Positions 51,363-62,664 of a DNA stretch of 64,000 bases are shown here, piece after piece. How positions within the stretch are numbered: the first letter of the stretch is position 1; every line of letters begins with the position of its first letter. This DNA comes from Monosiga brevicollis MX1 (Eukaryota), in contig NW_001865082.1 of NCBI RefSeq assembly GCF_000002865.3, forward strand, positions 5,894 to 69,893. The letters run 5' to 3'. The notes below the pieces were generated by a model that ran no database searches, was not told the DNA's origin, and saw nothing but the letters and a program-made list of their open reading frames with translations. Position numbers and translations under genes: made by a program.

Positions 51363-52704
51363 CTACCAGGTGGCTTCTGGGCGGGCATGGATGTGCTTTT
51401 CGAGGGCTGGGCGACGAATGGCCTTGTCGTGCCATTCCTTCAGGTTGGGGTAGGGGCGGATGATGGACACCTGCATATAATGGGTGATTGCATTCACCAC
51501 CTCAAAGACCCTGTTGCGGGACAACGAGAGCAAGAAAAAGACAAGGTGAGGGCTAAACATTGGGTTCATGCCAGTGTCGTCGGATGCAAGAGGAGGCACG
51601 AGAGCCACGCGCTTGTTTTACGCACGCAAGGTCTCCAAAGGTGAAATGAACGCCATCCCCCAGGCCCTTGTCCTCGTCGTTGGAAGCCACGGCCATCCTA
51701 GCAGCAAAAGGTACGGGCGGTGAAACTGGGCAGCTTTGCCTGAGGCACCCAGCAAGCGCAAAGGCCGGCCAATACAAACTTGTCAAAGCTGCCAAAGTAC
51801 AGAGGCAGCGTGTCCTTCTTGAAAGCCTTTTCGGCATCGCTGTTGCGGTTCTGTTCAACAGCAAGCACCCATACCCACGCGACGCTGAGCTTGTTTTTTG
51901 ACAGGTTGAATGCGAACGCAGAGCAGTGCAAACAAACCTTGAGCAAGCGCATAAGCTCACGGCGGAGATCATTTGCAGCACTGCACAGCGAGCGTGCCGT
52001 AGATCGCTCATTCTCATTACTTCCCAGAAAGCGGTTGTCTGCAGGCAGGTGTAATGGGAGTGAGCAGCAGCGCGAGAGCAGCACACGACATCAAAGACGG
52101 CACTGGAACTCAAATCACCAATCGGCGCGTGCGTCGTACCCTTGCCGCCACTCTTGGCATCCGCCTTGCTGGCAATGTACTCGAGAATTGCAGCCTCTGA
52201 GATGAAGAAGATGTGCACCGCAAAGTGAGCTCCATGTCCTCAACGGCCGATCGGTGATATGACGGGTGAAACCAAGATATGAGACAAGGGCACCGGCAAC
52301 CGCAACTTACGCTTGGGAAGGCGCATGCCGTCGACCTCGAGCACGGGCAGGTCACCAAAAAGCAGCTTGCCCTCGCCGTCCAGTGCTGCCAGATCGGCAT
52401 CCGTCACTGCCACATCGTCCACGGGCTACGGAATGATACCGAGAACGAGGGAAGGTCATTAGGGAATAATGGACATGATTTGGCCCTGCTATGACCTCGC
52501 CAGTCTACAGCCTCGGTCTGGGCAAGAAAGATTTATTTTTCCTTGGTCGTTTGCATTGCGACCTTGAATGCAAAGAGGCTTTTGGGGCAGTGGCCAGAAT
52601 GGAGAACCATGGTGAACGAGACTCACCAAGTTGGCTTCGACAAACATCATGCGAATGGCTTCTGCCTCGCCGCGCTGACCGGCGTGATAATAGAGCTTGG
52701 CCAT
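51363..52704 (-). CDS. Glutathione S-transferase family protein (sigma/mu/pi-like), copy 1
   Basis: MAKLYYHAGQRGEAEAIRMMF; LLFGDLPVLEVDG; AILEYIA; NDLRREL; FTFGDL; YPNLKEWHDK...RPALEKHIHARP. Confidence 0.9.
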
Positions 52705-53622
52705 CTTGTTGAAATTGAAGGATCAGATCTGACGCCCAACCCAACCGCACCAGCATAGACCCCCAGTCGCAAGGCGGGAGATGAAATGAGGATGGAGAAG
52801 AATAGCAAGGTCGGCTACCAAATACAAGAAGCGGGGCTGCCTAGCAAGCGGTGCGCGCCTCTGTGACGCCCCACTTCTCTGCGCCCGGGTTGTCACCATC
52901 ACACGCGAGGCGAGGGCCGATGGGTTCCCAAAGCCAGGGGTCGAGGGCGACTCACTGTTCTCACCAACCAGCAGAATGAGCACCTTGTACATGCCCTCCC
53001 CTCCGATCAACTCACCTCGCTCCGCCCCTCATAAGACTCGGTACATACCCCCATTTCATCTTTTTGCATTTCTATTAAGCGAAACAACGATAATAGTTGC
53101 AGAACATTTCTAACTTTTTGTTGTTCTCATTTTGTTTTTGTCTCTCTCTCTTTCTCTGTGTTGCTGGGTACTTTGCATGCATGAACGCAACTTGCGGCGG
53201 CTGTCACTGGGTTTGGCTATTGGTCCAACTACAATTTTGGCAGTGAAAATGATTCTCATTTTCTTGCTTACCGGCAAGCAAAGAGGTACGCTCGGTCGTG
53301 CTCCGATCGTCGCTGTCGAACGACTGAACCAAGAGATCCGCCCACCAACCCCAGCCCACAGGCACCACACATCCACATCCACACGACCTTGTTTGGGTGT
53401 CTGGCTCCTCTCCTGTCGTGCAGTGCACTTGACAAGAGTAATCGTTGTTCGTGCATCACTGGTCTTCACAGAGCTTGTCCCAAGGGTCCGGAGGAAGGGG
53501 CTGCCCTTGTTCTTGTTGGCGTTTAGGATCTTAGGATCATGTCGGTCAATCTGTGTCTCACCTCTTCTTGCTCCTGGGTGTCGCAGAACCTTGGCGAGTC
53601 AACACCATTGAGACCCATTACC

Positions 53623-55028
53623 ATGTCGCTGCCCACGTTGTATGCGCCCGCTGAGCAGGGTTTTACCGAGCAGATCCGTATGCTCTTTGCCGAGGTGGGG
53701 AGACCGGTCGTTCACTGGCCGTTCTGGAACGAGCCGTCCAATTCGCTTTTTTTTGCAAGCCAACTGATGCGATGCCTGTGTGTAGACTGGTGTCAAGTAT
53801 GACGATATCATTTCGGACGCAGCGGTAGGTCTGACTCGCACCTTGCGTTGGATGTCTGTCTGGGGTAGGGGACGCGACCGCTGGCCGTGGTGCCGCGTGC
53901 ATCGTGCTTGCCCTTGACCATGTCGGTGCTCACTTTGCCCCAATGCCGATGACCCCTGCACATATATAGGCGATGGACAAGAAGGGCGAGTTAAACTTTC
54001 ACAAGCTGCCTAAGCTAGTTTGGACGGATGGCTTTGCCCTCTGCGAATGTACGCCCGCACACCTGCCCCAATGCCAGCATCGCTGGCATGGCTTGTGTTT
54101 TTGTTTTGCCTCACTCTGTCGCACCAATCTCCCTGTCCGCCCTTGGTCTCAGCGGCGGCCATCATGGAGCACATTGCCGTGCAAGCTGATGCTGGTGCGT
54201 CTGATTTTGCCTCTATGCGGCCATGCTGCTGGGTCTTGTTGCTCGCGTGTTCTTACCGTGCCAATCTTCTGGGTGTGCCCGATGCCTGCAGCCAAGGCCG
54301 GGCGTGGCAACTCGTACCTGGGAGGCAATGAGATGGAGCGCTCCATGGCCCGGGCATTGTGCCAGGCGTCCAACGACCTGCGTCGCGAGTTGTACGAAAT
54401 GTACCTCAAGCCGGTATATGATGGCTCTGGCGCACTTGCTTTTGCGTGACCCGCACCGATGCATGGATATGGCGCTGATTTATTCCACCCATGCCTTCAT
54501 CTGGGGCTAGGGTCCCCTTCAAGACCAGGACAAATTTGTTTCCACCACGCTGCCTCACTGGCTGCAGCATCTTAACAAGTGAGGCTTTGGCTGGAGTGTG
54601 TTTGGATGTTGTTTCGGTTTTTCGAATAAGGGCGGGCAGGCTCTGGAAACAAAGAGTCTTGCTGATTGGCAACGTGGTTTTGGTGGGGGGGGGGGGGGGC
54701 TAGGTTGGCGGTGGAGACGGAGAGCAACGACCACGGTTTGGGACCCGGCGTGCACTACACGTTTGGTGATGTGGCCATGTTTGATGCTCTGACACAGGTA
54801 GGCTGTGCATGCATCCAAGCCGTCGTTGCGTGCTAACAAACTGCACTTTCTCACTCACTCACCTGCTTGCTATGGCATGGCGTGTGTGTGTTGCAGTTGC
54901 GCCAAGCTTTTGGCGAGGACGTGCTGAACGAGTACCGTGAGCTCAAAGCCTACTACGACAAGACTGGCATTCGTGCGCGCCTTCGCATGTTCCTCGACAA
55001 CCGTCCCAGCCGTCCCCTGCGCCAGTAA
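53623..55028 (+). CDS. Glutathione S-transferase family protein, copy 2
   Basis: MSLPTLYAPAEQGFTEQIRMLFAE; LNFHKLPKL...LCESAAIMEHIA; YLGGNEMERSMARALCQASNDLRREL; YTFGDVAMFDAL; LRMFLDNRP. Confidence 0.9.
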
Positions 55029-55572
55029 AGCCCGTGTGTGTTGGTATTGAGCCCTATGGAGCTGTGGAGATCGCAAGCTCGGAGGTCCGAGTGTTCACAA
55101 CGTGTGTTCTGAATGTAAAAATCTAATGAAAGAACAGAGCGGTGCCGCTACCATATAGAGTTGCGGGTAGTCAAAGGGCCGTACAATAGACTTGACCCCA
55201 AAAGTCTTGCCTAATACTATACAACTTTTTGTGATGTCCACTCCAATACCAAGTCTTACTAATGTCACACTTTCACGCCCAAAGCCCACAGTGAGTCAAG
55301 AGTCAAGGGGCATGATCTTGTTCTCCTTTGCTTTTCCTTTGCTTCTCCTTTTGTTTCGCGACCCTGTCTGCTTAACGTTACCCACACACTCGGCGCTTTG
55401 ACGTCATGGAGTCATCAAGCTCGCGCCTCCACCCTTCAGCTGTTAGTCAAGTAAAGAGCTTAACGTTAAGAGAGAGAGAGAGAGGGCGGGGTGCGATCTG
55501 GCTTGCATTTCCCCTTGTGTGGTTGTCGCAGTGCTTGACCTGAAAACGGCAGAGCCTCCAACTCCCGTCAAG

Positions 55573-56877
55573 ATGTCGGTTGAATACGCCATGATGGCTC
55601 CTCAGGAGGCCGCTCGCCAGGACAAGCGCATGAACTCGGCGCTTAACTTTACCCTTCTCATCATTGCCCTCATCATCTCCGTCGTCGCCGTCACTCTGGC
55701 CGGTGAGGTGTTGGTGTTGTGCTTGTTTGGGTGTCTCGGCGGTCGCGTCCATGACGCGATGGCAACCCGTTGTTCCTTTCAAGTCTCTTGACCGGGCCAT
55801 CTTGTGTCTTCGAGCATTGGGGATGTGGCGTGAGACTGTCTTGGTGGTGCTGGGGCCTGCTCCCCTGTTGTGGCGGTGCTGGAGGCATGGGGTCCCATTT
55901 GTCGTGAGAGCCTGTTTTGTTTTTATTTCCACCAGGTCATTCTTGGTTTGGCAGCCTCCCCTCCCTGCCTGATGTACACCCGCACACATGCAAGGGTCAC
56001 ATCACTCCCTTTGTTTTTTCTCCTTTGCTTATGGTCGAGTCTGGTCAAGCTATACGTGTGATGTGAATCGTTTGCCAGACTTGGTTTTCGTTTTGTTTCA
56101 CATGATCACCTATGGTCTGCCCTTTTCTTTTTTCTTTTTTCCTTTTCTTCTTCTTCTTCTTCTCCTTCTTCTCCTTGTTGTGCTGGCTTGCCTATTATCT
56201 TGCTTCCCTATCATGGTCTACTCACATTGGGGTCTCTTTTCTTATCTTATCCCTTTTCGTTAGGTGTCGCCACCAGCGAGATTGAGAGCGCCAACGGCCG
56301 CATCGACACCCTGTACAACCAGGCTGCCGTCACCACCTCCTCCACCACCCGCACCGTTGGTATCAACTCGGCCGTCACTGGTCACCCCGTCTGCGCCGAT
56401 GACTTCGAGTCGTGCTTCGACCTGATTGATGCCACCACCCAGTTCATCACCAACAACCTCACCCTTGACAACTACACCAAGCTCGGTACCTCCAAGGTCA
56501 TGACCGCCCTCTTTGACGCCGAGGGCACCCTCCTCAGCAAGTCCGAGGGCGCCGCCGACATCTCTCTGCCCGAGTCCACCGACGACTGCTTCCTCGTCCG
56601 CCACAACACCTGCTACATGCACCAGAACGGCAAGCTCGCCACCTTCACCGCCCTCGACCTCGTCAACTACGACGGTGCCCAGGCTCGCCGCCGCAGCTTC
56701 GCCTCTGGCTTCAGCGAGGGTGCCACGGATGGCTCTGAGGGTGCTGCTTTCGGTGGCGCCATGGGTGGTGCCGTCGGTACCATCTGCCCCGGTGTTGGCA
56801 CCGCCATTGGTGGCGCCGTTGGCTCCCTGGTCGGCGGTACCATCGGCTTTGCCGCTGGCTTCTACGATGGCTATTAA
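55573..56877 (+). CDS. Type II membrane proprotein with C-terminal glycine-zipper (bacteriocin-like) peptide; 2 exons (55573-55702, 56264-56877)
   Basis: Exon 1 encodes a signal-anchor FTLLIIALIISVVAVTLA with a phase-1 GT-AG join. Luminal domain has 4 Cys, then QARRR|S and a 60-aa GxxxG-rich tail. Codons are almost all C/T/G-ending. Confidence 0.85.
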
Positions 56878-57492
56878 GCTGTCCGCCCGCTCGCATCGGC
56901 TGGCTGAACCCATCCTTGACCCAATCCATGAGGCGCGTGACCCCCTGTCATGATTCTTCATACTGGCTGTTACGCACCTGTTCTGTGGCTTGAGCCCTGG
57001 TTTGCGGTTCCCTTTTGTGTTTATTTTTGCAGCATGACAACATTCATTTTCTTTGATACTGGTGGTTGATCCAAACCGGTTCAGACTGGCGTGACGTTGA
57101 GCTGTGACAACAGTCTTTTCGGCACGCTCGCCTGTAGAGTGTTGGGATCTATCCTCTCTTCCCTCTTGTTCCTTCCTTTTTTTTTCCTTTGCTGCCTGGA
57201 TACAATTGAGCACTGTCAGCACACTTTTCAAGGAGACACCATTCTCTTTTGGCAACAGTCCAGATGAATCAGGGGGGGGGAAAAAGGGCAACGTGACAAC
57301 AGGATAATATCAATTATCAGCCAAGTCACGTGGCAGAGTGGGTCAAGAGACACGATCTCAGCCCAGTCACGGCTCGTGCGCATGCCGCTTAGCGGCCATC
57401 TTCAAGCAAAGAAGAAAGGATCATGCTTCTGTTCTGAACACTGGAAACAGAGCTACGTACTATGACAACGAGGTACCTTTGCACCGCTCAGC

Positions 57493-59665
57493 TCAAACGC
57501 TCTGTTTGACTAGCTCATACACAGTTGCTTTATCAAAAACGAGGGCCAGCTTGCGACATCTAGAGTGAGTATGTGAGAGAGACAGGGAGGCGGTCCATTC
57601 ATCAGCACGTGAGGGTGTGAAATGTGCAAAGTGAACTTGTCAAGCTCCCGAAAAAAAAATGCAAGGCACTTACGCTTCCGCCTCTTTGGCATCTGGTTGC
57701 TCCAAGCCCAGACCGCGGGTGAAGCACAGCGAGGCAAACCAACAGGCACGAGCACGCGTCTACGCACACACGCTGAGACGTGAGAAACAAGCTACCGAAT
57801 GCACACCTGACTTGGGTCACAAGCACTTGGTAAGGTAAAGAAAGGACCCAGAAATGCCGGCGAGACGGCTTACACGACGCATGGTCAAACTCATGGCCTC
57901 AACAGTAGCCTGATCCAGCCGACGGAGAGGGTCAACTACACGACGAAACCACTGCATGGCCTTGTTGTAGAGCTTCATATCGTAGTAATGAATGCCGAGC
58001 TCCGTCTCAGCCGTGTCATGACCAGCCGTACCGGCCTCGCGCAGGTACTTGAGGGCCAAGGTCGTGTCGCGTTTGCACCCCTGCCCTGTGCGATGCATGA
58101 GGCCAAGGTGGCAGATCGAGTCCATGCTCCCGTGTTTGGCCGCAAACAAGTGCCACCCATATGCCTCCTTCAAATCCTGCATGAGGGGCAGAGATGATGC
58201 GTAAGCTCAACAAGCGGCATGCTGACATGCTGGAGTCAAACGCTTTCTGAATGGCCGCTTTTCTGAATGGCCCACCCCGCGTGGCAAGTCACGGGGCCCA
58301 CGGGGTCTGTGGTGACTGACCGGTTGTCGCAACACCAAGGGATCATCCAGACGAAGAGGACGGGTGGCATCGCTATAGAAATGACCCAGGGCATTCATGG
58401 CTCGACCAGAGCCATCCGGGTTGCCTTGACTATGCACAGGCCCAGAGTTAGATCATGGGACAGCGCGAGGCCGGGTGCACGGTTCAGAAAAAAAAAAAAA
58501 ACCTCCGAGTATTTCAATAGGACCTACCGTGCAGCCTTGAGCAACCATTGCACACCCTCGTCATCGTCTCGGTCCACCCCTTGACCTAAGCGGGTTGTAG
58601 CACAAGTGGTGTTTGATTAAAATTTGTAAACAGTCCTCAGAAAAGCTTCCACGAGAGACCAAGAGTGAATGCGCGACCAACCTTCAAGATAGGCTAGACC
58701 CAGATTGCATTGCGCCTCCACAACTAGCTCCACGGGCTCAGAGAGACCTGGCGTCGAACCCGGAGGAAAAGAGTGAGCACAGACCAGTCCATATGGTCAA
58801 ACACCATAGAGCCACAATGGACTCACCGTCGTTACCGCGCACGGTGGGAAGCTGGGTACTTTGAGCAAAGCTGGCCACGTCAACACCAGCCAAATCGCGC
58901 ATCATCTCGAAACCGCGCACCTTGAAGAGTTGAAACAAGCGGCCATCAGCGCCAGAACGCGTGACTCTGCGTAGTAAGGCAGGCTACAATCCGTACCTCG
59001 CGCTCTGGCTGCGGGACATCACCTCCCGGATTATCGAAGAGGAGCGTGGCTAGCTGGTACGAGGCATGCAGTCGGATCAAGCGCTTCTCTGCAACAGGAG
59101 AGCGGAGGATGAACAGATGGCGACTGCTTTACGCTTGTGGACCATGATCTTGGTGCCAAACCGTCAAGAAAAGAGTCGCGTACCAGCAGGTGCGCCATCC
59201 AGAATGCCTTGGAGGAGCTGTTCTGCGTCCCGGTCCAGACCGAGACGAGCTGCAACCATGGCCTGCCCCACACAAACGCAAGGTGAGAGGGCTGCCAGGC
59301 AACTCATGCACGGGCGATGACATCAGCGGCTGCCATGCGAGATGCAGCTCAACCATCCTGCCGTGCTCGAATGATTCAGGCACCGACAGCACAGGCAAAT
59401 CACACAAACAAGACACGGCCAGGAGACTGATGGCACGCACCAGGCGATAGCTGGCCATCCAGTCGCCGGTGCAATGCTGGGCGCAAATGTCACGGAGCTC
59501 GCCCTCGGCCGCATCAAAGGCCTCGATGGACCAATCCTGCTGGAGCCAGGCCACCAGCTTTTGGCGTAGTGACTCGTCCTCCGTCGTTGGCCGTGCCAGC
59601 GCGGCACCATCATACAGATCAGCCTCACTCCGCCGCACTTGCGGTGTATTCAGCAGGCCTGCCAT
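57493..59665 (-). CDS. LRP2BP: Sel1-repeat protein, LRP2-binding protein orthologue candidate
   Basis: WLLKAA|GNPDGSGRAMNALGHFYS, DLKEAYGWHLFAAKHGSMDSICHLGLMHRTGQGCKRDTTLALKYLREAG...YYDMKLYNK, FLYLTKCL, GLGLEQ appear in the same order as recalled for animal LRP2BP. Confidence 0.78.
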
Positions 59666-60330
59666 GGCTCCGTGTGTGTGTGTGCGAGCGCGCGAGAGAG
59701 AAAGAGAGAGAGAGTGTGTGTGTGTGTATGTGTTGTTGTTGTTGTCAAGTAAGATAAAACGTCTGGTAGCACGGCGAGACTTGATGTTGAATGTCAGCCT
59801 AAATTGTCAGCTGAAGATGCTATGTTGTCATTGGGTGTTGTACTATACTGTTGTGTAATGTCAGATTAAAAAGGGCGCCGAAGTGCGTGTGTGGGAGCGG
59901 ACGCGCCAATAACGACGCCGTCGTGCTGGAAACCGGACGAGGGAGGGGGTGGTGGGTGATCTGACTCTCTGTCCCTGTGTCCTCGTCCCCGCTTGGGGTT
60001 GGGATGTGGTGAAGCAGCTGAGAAGGACGCTGGGTCTGGTCGTACTGTGCTTTCTGGGCTGAGGAGCATGGCCCCATGTGGAGGAGGGCGTTGTGAATAA
60101 GAGCGAGCTGTCGTGGTACGGCGGAAAAGGTTTTGGGACAGCTGACGGACGTCAGGGTGGTTCCTCTCCCTCTCTCTCGCTCTCCCTCTCTCCCTCTTCT
60201 TCTCCCGCCTTGATCCCACTAGGTGGAAAATTTTGAATTTTTGGCTTTGGCAAGTGCTGTGGACCACTTTGCCTGCAGGGACGGCCACTGGGCCTTTTCC
60301 TTTGCTCCGTTTCCTACTTGGACAAGCACG

Positions 60331-61791
60331 ATGACCACGAGCCCCAGCGCTGCGAGCGAGGCGGCGACCGAGACCGCCTTGCCACGAGGCTCCAAGGGGT
60401 CTTCTGGCCAGCGCCTGGCTTCGGGTCGTGCCCGCCGTCGTGGTGAGTGTGTGCTTTGTGCTGGATCACCCTGCCTTCTCACCTCTCTTTCCGTCGTGCA
60501 TGCCGGCCTGAACTTTGGTTGACATGCCTTTGCCACCTCCTGCTTTTGACCTTTGAATGCACGTTTTCTTTTACAGGGCGCGTTCACCTTTACAACCTGG
60601 AAACGGGTCTCAAAGTGCCCGAACAGTCGGCACCGCGCCGCTCCAATCTCGTCCGATTCATGGTGGACCACGACATGGTGGTGCCCGACCTCAAGCACCA
60701 AGCCAACGTCAAGTGAGTAACCCACCCGACCCCTCCGTGCAACGCCCAGACGTAGGGGCAAGCATCCCAACTTGGTTTTTCTCACACCCGTGGACTGCTA
60801 CAGCTTGCTGCTGAACAACCAACAGGCGAGCGCGCTGGTGAGCAGCCGCTTGACGCAGATCGCTGACCAGACAGCGGCTGACATGATGCAAATGTCTCGG
60901 GCGGCCTACCTCGAGGTTCGCGCAAGCCTAGACTCGTCGGCGCTGGCTTACGCGCGTGCCGCAGCCCAGGGCTCGGGCAACGACAGCTTTTGCGATCTCG
61001 ACGATACGCTCGACCACAGTTTCGCCTCGCTCGGACCGCGAGTCTCGACGCCCCAAGCTGATGGACTTGCAGGTTCACAGCGCCAGCTCGCTCGACAGCC
61101 GTCGCCATCCCTGGATGACAGTGCCGTCACCACAGGCACTCCGTCCCACACGCCTCTTCGCGCCCTTCGGCTCTTTGATATGGGTGCCATGGGGCGGGCC
61201 TCATCAAAGGCCGCTCCCGCCCTCGATGACAGCGTGCTGGCCGACGGTAGCTTACCGGCCTCACCGTGCCCTCTGGATGTCAAGCCACATACTGGACTTG
61301 CAAACGCCCAGTCTGAGCCGACGTGCCCAACGTGCTGCAAATGCGACGTGGAAGCGCTCCAGGTCTTCGTCCACCAGGACGCCGTGGACATGTCCGCCTT
61401 GCGCAGTGCCCTTGTGACCCTGCTTGCACGCCTCGACTCGGGTACGACCGCCACCTTTATCACCCATGTCTACCTGCGCCCTCCTGGCTCCCACTTGAAG
61501 TGTCTCACCGAAACTTTGATGGCATGTACGCGGAGCGTAGAGCCCTCCCAACCCGTGTGCCCACGCCACTCAACCAAGAGCCACGTGAGTCTGCCGCCTT
61601 GAGCAGGAATGGACATTTGAAAACTCCACGGTCACTCTTCTCACCCCCTGGACTGCCTTACACGCCTTAGGCCGCGGAAACCTCCAAGCCTGCCCGAACA
61701 TCACCATTGCAGTTGGCGGCTACGTGCCACGCAACCGCGCCAACCATCTCATCGGACGCCCCGCACCTGGCCAACACTTCCCCATCTCTAG
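60331..61791 (+). CDS. Protein with N-terminal BRK-like domain (4 exons)
   Basis: Exons ~60331-60442, 60577-60712, 60804-61584 and 61671-61791 splice in frame. Exon 2 reads RVHLYNLETGLKVPEQSAPRRSNLVRFMVDH. CPTCCKC occurs downstream. Confidence 0.7.
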
Positions 61792-61997
61792 TTCAATCGT
61801 CGTGACACAGAAGGCATTTTCTACACGTTGCCAAAAGAACCGACCCTGTGCAACATGACCATGCCTTCTTCTGCCCCCAACTTGTCGCCCTTCCACACCT
61901 GACTCTAAATTTCCCCTGTGTCTATGCCCTAGTCAAAATCGATCCCGCCTCACCCTTTTTGGGCCAGCTTCGTGCCGCCTTTCATCACCCATGCCCT

Positions 61998-62000
<3 letters not shown>

Positions 62001-62047
<47 letters not shown>

Positions 62048-62212
62048 ACGCAAACTAGCCCAATGATCTCAAAGCCCCTTCTATCACCCATGCCCCCCTC
62101 CCCCCAACAACTCTGCGCACATCAGAAAATCCAACTCACAACCTCTCTCTCTCTCTCTCTCTCTCCCTCTCTTCTTCTTCTTCTCTCTCTCTCTCTCTCT
62201 CTCTCTCCCTCT
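62001..62212. repeat. (AC)n and (CT)n microsatellites
   Basis: (AC)n at 62001-62045; CT-rich run at ~62144-62212. Confidence 0.93.
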
Positions 62213-62664
62213 CATACAAGTTAATGTTGGTAGAGAAAGAGTTGTTGTAGACACCTAATGGCAGGTACTTGATTTCATACCAAAGTTAAAGTAGCACTTT
62301 TGTAGGTTTTTGCTGCTGTTGTCCTCGCCCTCAAAACCGTCGTGTGGGGTTGGATCACTTCCACACACACATGCGATCGGCGCAAACGGCGTCGTCTCGG
62401 GGCATCTTTTCTGGCCATCGCTCTGGTTTGATGGAGATGAGGGCGCTTTGAGGAGGGTCAACAGGACTGGTCGTTGATCCTTCCATGATCTTGCCCGTCT
62501 TCAACTCTCACGTTGGCGGCGCTGCTGCGCCCCGCCCCCCGCCCCTTGCCCTTACCCCGTCATTTCCCGTATTGGGATCTGAGCTCTGACCCATGGACGC
62601 AAGTTTTCAAAGCTACCAGGCGCTGAGGCTGCGACGTGAAACATAGCTGAAGCATCAAAACAGC

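Noticed and set aside
56260..57291. 343-aa antisense ORF over the glycine-zipper gene
   Set aside because: Expected shadow of strong sense-strand codon bias; no independent domain features.
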